DNA of 64,000 nucleotides from Lingula anatina (Eukaryota > Animalia > Brachiopoda): positions 9,548,001-9,612,000 of the forward strand of contig CM120643.1 of the NCBI GenBank assembly GCA_051362555.1, written 5' to 3'. Below are positions 10,075-22,632 of the stretch, in pieces; positions within the stretch are counted from its first letter, which is position 1, and each line of letters begins with the position of its first letter. A program made the position numbers and the translations under genes. A model generated the notes under the pieces. It made no database searches and had not been told where the DNA came from. It worked only from the letters and a program-made list of their open reading frames with translations.

Positions 10075-12533
10075 GAGACCGCAAGTTTTGCTAGGCTTTT
10101 GTAATAGGAATCCGACAGAATTCATTTTCTTATACTGAGATAGACGGTCTCACAGATTCCATAAATTATTATAAAACTTTAAAAATGATCATCCGAAGTT
10201 AAAATACATGTACAGGTATAGGGATCGAGTCCAAAACAGCTGACTTTATTAGGGACTGGAGCTCTTAAGCAACTTCATGCCTATGATAGAAACTGGGAAC
10301 ACATAAATATTCCACTGACATATGCCTGTCTTGTACAGTAGGTACATTTGTAAGTTATAGCTTTAAAATTTCACTACAATAGTGCAATATCATGCAAATC
10401 ACTACTCCTCTAAATGTACATGTACCAATATGCCAATGCATTACATCAATTTAATGCAAACTCACAAAAGCAAATTTATTACATACCTTAAATCTGCTGC
10501 TTCAGCCACGTCGTCTTTCACCTGTAATCTGTTTACGAAGTGGCTTTCTTATCTTTTTCTTACGACGGCAATTTACAGCAGAAATTAAAGAGAGTCAACA
10601 AGCCATTCAGGCATGCAGTACTTTTGACTGTGTTGACAATTCACATATACACAGTCAGATTTAGGATCACTTTAAGACAAGGATTGTCTCTAAAAGACCA
10701 ATAAATTCTCAATAAATTGCAAGCAACTAGAGCAGCTTAGATGTCTGTCATGCCTACTGAAGCTGCTAGGGGGTAATTAATTATCGTTTAGCAGCTCCAG
10801 TGCGCGTTCCAGACATCTAAGCCACTTAAAGCAGTTTAGCAAGAAACACCTTGGAGATGGATCGATCCTGTTAGATTGATCTAAGTATGGGAACCCTGTC
10901 TAATGGTTTCAAAAGTTGCTGTTCCTGATCCCACCCCACATAATGCGCATTTACACCAGCTGGGTTGGTCCAACTCTGCATTGGATTCTCTTTTTGTGCA
11001 ATCAGTGGGGTTAGCTTTATTTTCTGTCACACCTCCTTGAGCATCTTGGGGGTAATTTAGCTGAGCCCAAACACGGAATTTTAATGACCCCCTAGCTGCT
11101 TGTATTAATGCAATGTATTAATTGTGAAATATGAATCTCAAATGAAGAGTTGTTATCCCTTTAAGATCCTCACACTGCCAGACTGTGTTTATACTCTTCA
11201 TGGGTGTGTGTGAGTATATGCAAATACTGCTGTATATACATGCACCAATTAATCCAGGATGTATTAATTTGCTAGGGACGGGCCTAAACATATTTATATA
11301 AAAACTAATCTGTACATGATTCCCCTTATTAAATTTTATAAATTCAGTTTTTACTAAAAATGTGAAGATACAATGTGGAAACTGTAAAAAAAAATGTGAA
11401 CTTCGGAAATATGAAAAGGATCATGAAGTCTAGGTCTGTTTACCCCGCCCACCTTACAACCATCATTTAGCTCAGACTGAAATTCAAGTGGCCAGAATCA
11501 CAGATAGGTATCAATACTTAATTTAGTTTATTAATACTAAGACAATATTCATGCTCAATAATCAACTGGAATTTATCAAGACCAAATAAGCATTTTCTAG
11601 CACCTGTTATTGAAAGGTAAATGAGTTATAATACACTCACACCATTTTTTTTCTTTCACAAAATAACCTCCCTTGGTTAATATATTTTATTTTCAGTGAT
11701 ACTTGCAGTGCTCTGCTGTAAGAAGCAAGTGGATTGATTGCATCAGAAGAGAAAAAAATATTTCCGTTCAACTGTACTAACAAACTGTGACCCTGAGTGC
11801 CTTTTGAGTGAAATACTTATGATACTAGGAGAGAAAAAAATTCACCATCTCACTTCTTCAGACCATTCAATAAAATAAAATAATATTTTCCATTTTTCAC
11901 AAAAAAAAAAAAAAAAAAAGTGTTTTACAATTATTCAACTTGCAATTATTCCATTCACTACCAACATCGCAATACCATGTATTTTAAAAACAATAATTCA
12001 AAATAGTATACCACCACAGCCCTTGGATGAATAAAATGTTTACTCGTCCAAGCAAAAAACCAACATGCAAATTGATAAGAAGGAGCGCATTCAGAATAGC
12101 GGACTTAAAGATCAGCAGATCAAATATAGCCAACCCACCTGAATGTTTGCTACAGCGAATCTTTTCTGTGTCTAATCAGGAATTAAGCAACAAGCTTTTT
12201 AGTGGGTCGCCATATTTGATCCACAGATCTGTTAGTCCACTCTTCTGAATGTGCTCAAATTATCACATCCCTGGTAGATTGTGAATTTAATGTTGCTCCA
12301 GGCTACCATACACAAACATTTTTTAAAAAAATAAATAACCTTTCTTTTTTTTTATTTCAACTGTTTTTCCCTGTGCCTCCTATTCTGAATCCACAATAAG
12401 CTTGTAATTAACTGACCTTACTCAAATAGTATTGTATTACATACATAACTTTCCTTATTTGTTTATTATATTAATGAAAGTAACGACAGGTGTCAAATAC
12501 ATCTGTGGTACACTCAATGTACATAGGATGTGT

Positions 12534-12534
<1 letters not shown>

Positions 12535-12579
<45 letters not shown>

Positions 12580-12600
12580 TATATATATATATATATATAT
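12535..12600. repeat. Compound microsatellite (AAT)n(AT)n
   Basis: Directly visible. Confidence 0.95.
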
Positions 12601-12913
12601 AGTATTCTGGTAGTGGATGTTATCAGAAAACTAATAGCTATGTCTAAGCCCAAGGGCATAATTTCCTTTTCAACATCTTTCACCTTTTGGTGTACTAGTA
12701 CCACATTAATATCAATATCTTTGCTATACTACTTTTTCACTTAGATGCTAGATAAATGTTAAAATCAGAGCAAATATGACAGCACTTAAGTCTCTGTCGC
12801 TTTGGTGAAAATAGGAAGCAGTATTAACCACACATACATGTACAATGTACATGTACAATACATGTACAATACTTCTACAGTGCACTGAATTATGCAGCAT
12901 CTGAGGGTCCTTA

Positions 12914-13139
12914 CACCCCATTTCCATAGATTTTTAGATCGATCTATCCCTGTGGGGAGTCTCACGAGATTACTGTCAGCTTAGCCGGCTTAAGCATCTG
13001 TCCTGCCTACTAAAAACTGTAAGAGGGTAATTAACTATGGTGTCCGCTCGGCTGACTGTAATTTAGCCTGAACCCCCAGGGAGTTAGGTCGATCTAAAAC
13101 TTAATCTTTAGATAGATCTAAACCTCTGGGAAAGCACCC
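12914..13139 (-). mobile_element. PIF/Harbinger-type MITE family A (~226 bp)
   Basis: Imperfect TIRs containing tttagatcgatct; TTA TSD; reverse complement of the copies at 20962, 40114 and 61029. Confidence 0.88.
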
Positions 13140-14427
13140 TTAGACTACATTAATGACCCCCCTCTTTCTTATACAATCTCACACTGTGTCTTAGACATGA
13201 TTCAAACTTTTCTTTATAGTTGGGCTCCAAATGACCCCCAACTCCACATGTAATACAGCATAAGTAAGTGTTACTAATATTTAATATTTAATACAAAAAC
13301 ACCATGAAGAATTGACATTGTTGATTGCTTAATAAAAGCAAAACAGAGGTACTAGGTAAAAATTACATACATATCATTTATGTTTTCATTGTCCTTTAAG
13401 TATGAATGTAAAATAACATGCAGATAGAGGTTACCTACGAATTTTGTAGCAGAATGATTTGTGAAACAACGTACATCAATCACTTTTTACAACTTAACTA
13501 ACACCAGTGATTTTTTTCATCAGTAATATACCATCCAATGCGCTTCACCAACAAATAGCAAAAAGAGGCCTGGAATATTTTTGGACTAACAATTTCAAAC
13601 AAGAAAATCAAAATTCATTGACACACAACTTTCATAATCATGGAAGAGAACCACAAATAAAACAGTTAGTCTCAGTTGATTGAGAAATAAGAAGTTTTCA
13701 AGGAAAAGTACAATTTTCAGGTTGGTACAAAACATCTACAACAAGAAACACAAGTTGACAACATTTCAGAACTCAAAATATTAACATCCACTATATAATA
13801 TGTCATTAATAATGACATAACACCTCAAAAACAATGGGAAACAAGCTTAAAATAATGGCGGTAAAATGGCAGAAAATGCATAGAGTTGGCAATTTTTGAG
13901 TTTTAAATGCGCAGATTCATTGAGAAGTGTATAAAAATGCTGCCTAATTACCAATAGTGAAATAAAAAAAAACGGAACGTAAGACTACTCCTATCATTAC
14001 CTTAGAATCTCATTAATTTCCTACAACTAAGTCAGTATTTTAAAGAGCTTTTGATAATAGTAATATTATGATTTAACTATTTAATAATCTATTTATTCAT
14101 TTTTTCTTATGATAATAGCAAAAATTTAATGTGCATGTTTGTACATGTTGTACGCTTCCACCTGTGCATCAAGATGACCTTCAAAAATACCTCATACATA
14201 GACCTACAATTCCCTTATAAACATCCCTTACATCAATGAATCAATTTAAAAAAAATTAACACACATGGTTGTCAACTCCACACATTTACTTATTATACCC
14301 CACCAATTTTCTTCATTTAAGTTTCATGTAATATTCTACCATGTATATACGCATAATAATCGAGAGGTAACCATTTTAAAGAATCAAAAAATTTAGTGAC
14401 TGGGACCTTATCTCATAATCACAAATT

Positions 14428-17400
14428 TCATTCTTCTTGTATGAAAGCCTTGTAAGCCTCAGCATCCATTAGATCTTTCAGTTCTTCTGAGTTTCCCAAT
14501 TCAACCTTCATCAGCCAACCTAGAAAAGTAATTTGTAGGGGACGTTTGTCATCGAGTTCTGGTCTATGTTATTTTTTATTTTATTTCATTTTTTTTTTTT
14601 TTTTTTTGTACAAAATGTCTCACTGACCCATGAAATATTCTGTACAATGGTCTACAGAGGGTGAACATTTTAGAATTACCTAGAAAAATGTCAACATGTT
14701 GCCACCAATACACTGCCGTTTTCAATAAATTGTTAGAGGTTTATCACTTCCCTTTCAATCAATGAAAAAATCAAATTTGAATCTTTCTGAACAATATGAA
14801 TTCTTCTGATAAATGATGCACTGCCTTTGTGATTGTTTTCAAGGAAGCAAATGTACCTTTAAAGTGATCAGTTATGAAAATTAAAGAAAAAAAAAATAAT
14901 GAAACCATATCTGCAACTCATCTTTTCAAAACAATTTTGCAAATGAGAATATTGTTTATACCTTCGATTTCTTGACAGAAGGCAAAACATTTAAAATGGC
15001 ATCTACTGGGTAAGCACCCAGACCATATAAATATTAGGCTTCATAAGCATCAATCGCCAGTTGTGACTTGGAACACCCACACTCAAGGTCAGTATTAATA
15101 CAGTCATAATTTACATTTGAGCACTGATTCAGCTATCACCAAAGTCACTGATTAGGCTATCAAATTCAATAATTTGTAGCTCCAAGTCACAAACTATAAT
15201 TTCATGTTAAGGGCTTATTATACAATAAATATCTTTTTCTTAATTTTACCCTTATCATATGGCGACTGGTTGATAGTTTCTGGCGACTCATCCAAAGTTT
15301 TGTTGACTTCTATCACTTGCCCTGAGACTGGTGAATACAGATCACTAGCAGCTTTCACACTTTCCAACGTCCCACACACATCTAGAACAGAAATCAAAAA
15401 TATATAAAGGTATCTATTCACTTTAAATTCCATTGAGATATTTTCTCCAGGATGGAGATATTGTTCCCAAAATCAACAGATTCGTAAAGACCAGATATGA
15501 AATCTATAAAGGATATCTCATAACAGCAAAAAAATATCTCCTTTAAGTTAACACAAAAGCAATTTTTCTTAAGATTAGCATACAGTGTTAACAATGGTTC
15601 CACAACACATGCAGTAAAATTAGGTACATTTGTATAACCTTACTAGTAACTGCAATTATATTTTCTCTGCGTCAAAACTGTAGAATCTCAGAGTTTCAAA
15701 GTAGGTTTTAAAGTTTTTGGCATGGGGACTGGAGTAGACTATTACATGCATATTTACATGTAGTAATGGGCTGCTCTTCCAGGCAGGTGTATAGTGAATG
15801 GTGGCAATTTTCATCTTTCGGTCAGAAATATATCTGATTTATTAAGCTACGAAAAGTAAAAGGCGTTGATTTATGATATCGTCTTCCATTAATTATCTTT
15901 GGCTTTGGTACAGACATACCATCCAGGCCCGTAGCCAGCAATTTCAGAGGGGGGGGGTTCGTTTTCTGAAAAAGTGGACCTTTTACCATAAAATCCTCAA
16001 GTACAAAGATCAAATTTTACCCAGAGTGGACCTTTTCCCAGCAAACCCCCCCCCGGCTACGGGCCTGCCCTCTATCAGAAGAATAAGATACCATTCCCAG
16101 AGACTATCATACTAACTATGGATTGATCTATTTCCAAGGGGGTTTTCACTAAATTGCTATCAACTTAAGCAGCTTAGATGTCTCGCACGTCCACTGAAGC
16201 TATTAGAGGGTAATTAACTATCATTTAGTGGCTTCAGTAGGCGTCCCATACATACTATAAGCCATTTAGGCTTAAAGCAATTTAGTGAGAAAAACCTTGG
16301 AGATGGGTTGATCCAGTTAGATCAATCTAGGCATGGGAACCCAGTCTAACATAACAATAATGGATTGAGAGAGGAGGGGAGGGCAGTGGGCATGCCCTCT
16401 TCTTTCCCTTCATAGGTACCTCTTTCCTTTAAAAAAAAAACAGTATGACAGACCAAACAAGACAAAACCAACCAATTTTCCATCCCCGTGCCCTGTATGT
16501 TTTAGTAAAATCCCCAATTGTCTAATGTCAGGCCCGTAGCTAGGGGGGGTTCGGGGGGTTCGAAAGAACCCCCCTTTTTGCTGGAAAAAGGTCCACTCTG
16601 GGTAAAATTTGACCTATGTACATGGGGATTATATGGCAAAAGGTCCACTTTTTCAGAAAAAGAACCCCCCCTTTGAAATTGCTGGCTACGGGCCTGAATG
16701 TTTATACTCTATATTCACCCACCCATCCAATGACAAAATCCTGGGTCTAGCAGTACAAAAACATCAACATGGCTTATTTATCTTTAACTTACAAATTAAT
16801 CATAAATTTACAGTAAACCTCTGTTATTTTTGACAAATGAAACTTAAATTTAACTTTATTTACTAGTGACTTCTCACCTACCCATCGAACCCCCCCCCCC
16901 CCCCTCTCCCCCATTCACAGTCCTGGGTCTAGCAGTATACACTTACCTCCTTTGGTGAAAACGGCATCTAACTCTGGCAGCTCAACATATACCAGGTCCC
17001 CAAGTTGAGCCTGAAAAAGAAACTAAACCTAAGACAAAAGTAATACTTCCTGATTTCTTAAAGATTGGTCCACTAACATACAATTAAGGTCTGGAGCTAT
17101 GAAAGCTAGTAAAACAATGTGTTAAGGTAAAAATGTATAAAAAATACATCAAAATGGCTTATTTTTCTTTAATTTACAAATTAATCACAAATTTATGGTT
17201 AACCTCTGTTATTTTACACCAATGAAACTTTAAATTTATTCAATGAAAACGCATAGCTAATGAAAGTGTTCAACAAATCATAAATTTGTCTTGATGACAA
17301 GAACTATTACAGGGCTTGACACCAACTTATTTCGATACTGGCCCGAGGTACTGGTAAATGTTGCAAGGATGATTTGACACATGACATTTTACTTGCTCTT

Positions 17401-18799
17401 TGGGCCAGTGACCCCAGCGATTCAATGGCCCTAGGTTGGTTTTCAGTGGCCCAGGGCCAGTGGGCCACCCTTAATGTCAAGCCCTGTATTAAAACCATGG
17501 ATTCTATATAACCTGGGCATAGTCTGAGATTCCTATTAGCCCTGTGCTTCCTTCCACTTTCACCCACTCGTGTTCTTCTGTGTAAAGGCGGTCTGAAAAT
17601 ATGGTTTGTACATTTGAGAAATGCTCTCAGTTTTTAACTCAAATTAAGTTCACAAATAGCTATAATTTCATTTAAAGGGCTTGAATATCTTTCTCTTAAT
17701 TTTACCCTTGTCATATGGTGACTGGTTGATAGTTTCTGGCGACTCATCCAAAGTTTTGATGACTTCTATCACTTGCCCTGAGGTGGTTTTAAATATGGTG
17801 AGCACATTTGAGAAATGCTCTCAGTTTTTTAACTCAAATTAAGTTCAGAAGTTTTCATGAGCAGTTGTGGCCTTAAAAAAGGGCACAACCATATAACCAA
17901 TCACTGTAGGATGCAATTATGTGTTTGCTACTAGTACTAGTGCTATATCAAAAAATCATCACTGGTAGAGCTAATGCATGAATTCTGTGCAAATAAACTA
18001 CTAAGGTTTAGATATATATCAGAATGCTCCAGAGGTGCCACAGTCAATCATGTCCTGCAGCAGCACTTGCCTGCCAGTGACCAGCACCTATACAAAAATC
18101 TTCTATGCCTAAATTTCAATACTTTGTTAAAGTACAGAATATTTATGATTTTATGCAACAAACCCCATGAAAATTGATCAAGGTGAAGTATGTTTTTAAG
18201 TTGGCAAAAAAGCGGTGAGTGGTCACAGCTTTCTGGCTATAATGGGAGGACACATTTGCCCTAATATCACTATTTAAAAAACTGTGATATTTCCTTTAAT
18301 TTTAGAGACAATATCAAAATTACAAAAGTATAACATTATGGATCAAAATACTATTCAGAAGATATAACTTGTGTTTATATCTGGCACATTCTATTTTTTT
18401 CTGATATACCGGTACCTACTAAGGGTAAAACAATGCACTGCCCATACCACCTCCAGTACACAAATACGGATGAGACTGCCATCTAATGAACAAAAAAGAT
18501 CCGTGTCGATCTCAAAAATGTTATTTATGTCTCCTAAACAGTCAGACTACTAGTATAGTCGGAAATATCTCACACATGCGGGCCAATCCCTGCTCAGCCT
18601 CAAGTGAGTTGAAAAGCTATGCTTTTTCCTCAACAAAACCAGTCATAAATAGCCTACCTTTTGGAATATCACTTGTTAAGTTTTGTGTGCAGCTTAGCCA
18701 TCTTATTTGGTGGTTGGCACTCGTGCTAAGTCGAGGAAAGAGACTGATATTCGTCCGAAATAGAGATCTTGCACACCTAACTAACCTAGCAGAAGCCAT
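14428..18799 (-). CDS. GCSH: Glycine cleavage system H protein, mitochondrial (~169 aa)
   Basis: Exons 18658-18799 (Arg/Ser-rich transit peptide), 17513-17592 ([26 protein letters not shown]), 16947-17010 ([11 protein letters not shown]), 15250-15381 ([15 protein letters not shown], lipoyl-lysine motif) and 14428-14519 ([22 protein letters not shown]). All GT-AG and in frame. Confidence 0.96.
16529..16696. mobile_element. CAG..CTG MITE with 5-bp TSD aatgt; relatives at 8463-8643, 15924-16067 and ~39438-39620
   Basis: aatgt|caggcccgtagc...gctacgggcctg|aatgt with poly-G/poly-C arms. Confidence 0.83.
17310..17486. mobile_element. CAG..CTG MITE with 5-bp TSD tatta
   Basis: tatta|cagggcttgaca...tgtcaagccctg|tatta. 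Confidence 0.85.
17693..17782 (-). pseudogene. Duplicated 3' part of GCSH exon 4, with its donor site, inside intron 1
   Basis: Near-identical to 15235-15324 (ttacccttgtcatatggtgactggttgatagtttctggcgactcatccaaagtttt..acttgccctgag). Confidence 0.85.
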
Positions 18800-19780
18800 C
18801 CTTACGCTCGAGTAAAGGTCACAAGACAAGCTTAACTTCAGAAGGTCATCGCTAGGTGCCAGGATTTTCGATTTTGCACTGTGGCGGATTGGGGGTGTCA
18901 GGGGGGTCCTGTCCCCCCCCCCTTCGATTACTGAAAAAAAAACACTAAAAAGTTGTACCCTCTTGAAATTAGAATTTTGACTAATTGAATTATAGATCTA
19001 AACCGTGCCAAATGGCACTGTTCGCCCTTTTAAAAGCAAAACATTTTGGGGTCCTTAAACGGGCCCCGAATCCCACGCCAAGCGGACCTCCCCCTCCTTC
19101 AAATAATCCTGGACATCCGCACTTGTTTTATTTCTAATAAAACAAATTGTCGAAGTCCATCAATTTTAAGTTTCCTTGCATTGAAAAATCCCTTCCCTGT
19201 CGACACCAGAATGTCAAATCATAATTGATTATTTTGTTATGTACTCTTTCGTCTGTTTTAACAAAGTGAATTTTCCCGAAAAAATGGGGATAAACTTACT
19301 CAAACAACTGTAAGAGCGAAGGTCTCATTTTAAGTCTCCATTTGTTTTCATATCGCAGTTTCAAATTGAGGCTTATGTATGGAAAAGCCATGTACACGAA
19401 AACCATCAATGGAGATGTTCAGCTGATCGAACCGCGCAGTCTGGGGAAACCCGTGTGGAATTTTCCGCTGTCTGGTGTAAGCGTGTTTGGAGAGAGGGAG
19501 GGTATGATAAGGGATATGCAACGTGTCTTCAAAGAAATTATCCTGATTTGCATAAGGTGACGAAATATTACACTGCGGTACGCGTACAGCTTTTTGGGTC
19601 TTGCGGAATGTGTCAATGATTGCCGAAAGTTACCTGCGCCGGTGTTCTTAAATTATACATCGGGGTCAAAGTCACGGAGTGCAAAGGCTAGATAAACTTC
19701 AGTAAGGCTATATTTAACCCACGGCAGCAGGGATTGACAATCATTGAGGACGCTGACTCGGGACACATTCAACAGACATA
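18800..19780. promoter_or_regulatory. Probable shared (bidirectional) promoter region of GCSH and PMT
   Basis: Divergent start codons about 980 bp apart; CpG-containing; TATA-like tatatttaa at about 19709 upstream of the PMT ATG. Confidence 0.5.
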
Positions 19781-20194
19781 ATGGCTGCAGACGGTAAGCA
19801 TCTGTAGGATTACACCTGATATCTCGAGCATCCTATATACTATAACCATATTGAGATCTGTATTCGCTTGTTGAGTGAAGATTAATGAATTAATTATGAT
19901 GATCTAAATTAATTATGAAATCAATATATGTATATATATTATTTGTACGTATGTTGTCAAGAACGCGCTCCCCCTCCCATAGCCCCCCCCCCCCCTCCCC
20001 GCATCCCCTCTGCAACGCTTGTACATGTACATGTACATTTCTTTATTTCCCGGTGAAACTGGTTTGGAAGTCCACTAGGAACTGTAGTCAGTTCCCCACT
20101 ACTTCGTACAGGTGCCATTTGTCCCATATGCTAACCCCAATACTCCGAATAATCCCAACCTGTGCCATATGCCTATCCTAAACATATGGGACCC

Positions 20195-20250
<56 letters not shown>

Positions 20251-20740
20251 TGCCTGTCTGCGTGTGTGTATGTGTGTCTACGTATGTGTGTGTGTGTGTA
20301 ATTGTATATATGTGTCTGTGTTTGAAATACAATCATTTTCTCTCAGCTGATATGGTATATACTGTATAGTATATAAATTTAAATATTTTACAAAAATTGT
20401 AGCAATGACAATCTCCCCCAATTCTTTGTTGATGGCATAATTTCACTTCATATTTCAGTGGCAGAGCATATTTTTCAGTCACATTACCATTAACTTGCTA
20501 TGAGATGATACTTTTTGAATGTATATGTACAGTATGTGGTTTGTTTCCATAGAAACCCGTCATGACATGACCCAGTTCTGGGAGAGCCACTCCAAGGATG
20601 CAACTCTCCAAGAAATGATGCTGGACAGCAATGCAGAGCTGCTGTGTAAAGAGGAAATCCCAGAAATCCTGGAACTGATTCCATCCTTAGAGGGCAAAAC
20701 TGTGTTAGAATTAGGATCTGGAATAGGGTAGGATTTTGGA

Positions 20741-20778
<38 letters not shown>

Positions 20779-20798
20779 TAATAATAATAATAATAATA

Positions 20799-20839
<41 letters not shown>

Positions 20840-22582
20840 GAATGTCTCTTCTTGGCTTATGAACCTAAGACCAAAGGCTGCATTCAAAACCTGTCTGATT
20901 TACTGTAAAAGGGAGAAATTAAGTTAAACTGGAAATAGCCGATTGCTAAACATGGGACTTAGGGTGCTTTCCCAGAGATTTAGATCGATCTAAAGATTAA
21001 GTTTTAGATCGACCTAACTCCCTGGGGGTTCAGGCTAAATTGCAGTCAGCCGAGCGGACACCATAGTTAATTACCCCCCTACAGCTTTTAGTAGGCGGGA
21101 CAGACGCTTAAGCCGGCCAAGCTGACAGTAATCTAGTGAGACTCCCCACAGGGATACATTGATCTAAAAATCTATAGAAATGGGGTGTTAATTTTCAAGT
21201 GCTGTGTTATGAACGTTTTGTGACATTAAAATACTTATGGCCTCCTAAATGAAGATGTCTTGTGAGACACTTAAATATATAAGGTGGTAATAACCCTAAG
21301 TTTCAGGATTGAGATATCTATAACAATAATTGTAGTGCATATCAGAGCTAGTAAAAATATTTGCTAATTAACATGAACTTTAATGTGAAATACAGTTAAC
21401 AGTACATAAGTATTTTAGTGTCCTCTATTAATAAAGTATTTTAATTAAAGAAAAAAGAAAAAAAACTTACATATTGTTTGAACTTTGCAATTCGTTTGTG
21501 TTTCTTCTGAAGTAAAGCAAGATTGCATGTTTGCATTCCTTATTCCCACATCATTCTACAGTATCAAGCCTTCTCTATCTATCCATTCTTTAATTTGTTA
21601 TCATATACTGTTTCTTGCAGACGGTTCACATCTGTACTAGCTAACAAGGCCAAACAGGTGACGGCAGTCGATTTTATGCAGAAGTTTGTGGACAAGAACA
21701 AAGAATTGAATGGTCACCGTGGCAACGTGGAGTTTCTCTGTGCTGATGTCACAAAGCTTGACCTGCCAGAGGGCAAGTAAGCATGTGGTCATTTAAAACA
21801 CACTTAATAGATGAAGAAATATGTATCAGTGATTCATCTGTCACCCTTTAGAACCAGGGTAGTAGATGATCTTGTATTTTGGTGTTTATATATGTACAAG
21901 CAGTCAAGTTTAACTATATATTCATGGAATTAAGATAAAGCTTTTATCTATCAAATTCTATAACATTATTGACTTAATATGAAATTGCCTTTATTCTGTC
22001 ACTTGCAATACAGGGCACTACAAAAGTCATTTGATTGCTATGTATATGTTACTAGTCTTAAATATATAACTGATTTCACAGTGATTTTTAAGTTGCAGCA
22101 AATACATGCAGGCCATGTTAGAGGGAGGAGGAGGAGGAGGGGGGTAAATTAACCATGCTTGCTGCAAAACATGCCTGCTCTGAGTCAAATTTTTTTCTAG
22201 ATATGACTTGGTGTTTTCTAACTGGCTGTTTATGTACCTGGGAGACGAGGAGGTGAGAGCTGTAGCGGAAAAAATCCTTTCCTGGCTGAAAGATGGCTGC
22301 TATTTCTTCTTCAGGGAGTCGTGCTTCCATCAGTCAGGTAAGGTGGTATGTAGTGATAAGTAACAGCATGCTGCTTTGGAGTTTATTTTAGGAATTAAAG
22401 GCATTTTTACATGTGTCAATTTTTTAATACACATATTATTTTGCAAAGATTATTAATATTTTCAGCATAAGAAAAATCAGTTATTCCAGACATTCTTAAT
22501 CTTAGTTAATTAATGACATACTATTGCAAAATGAAAACAGACTACAATTATTAATCAGAGACTAATGTGCTTCACACACACA

Positions 22583-22632
<50 letters not shown>

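Noticed and set aside
12471-12744. Poly-Ile ORFs, and similar VC/HT, YI and poly-G/P ORFs at ~20100, 30280, 39200 and 50000
   Set aside because: Translations of microsatellites or homopolymer runs.
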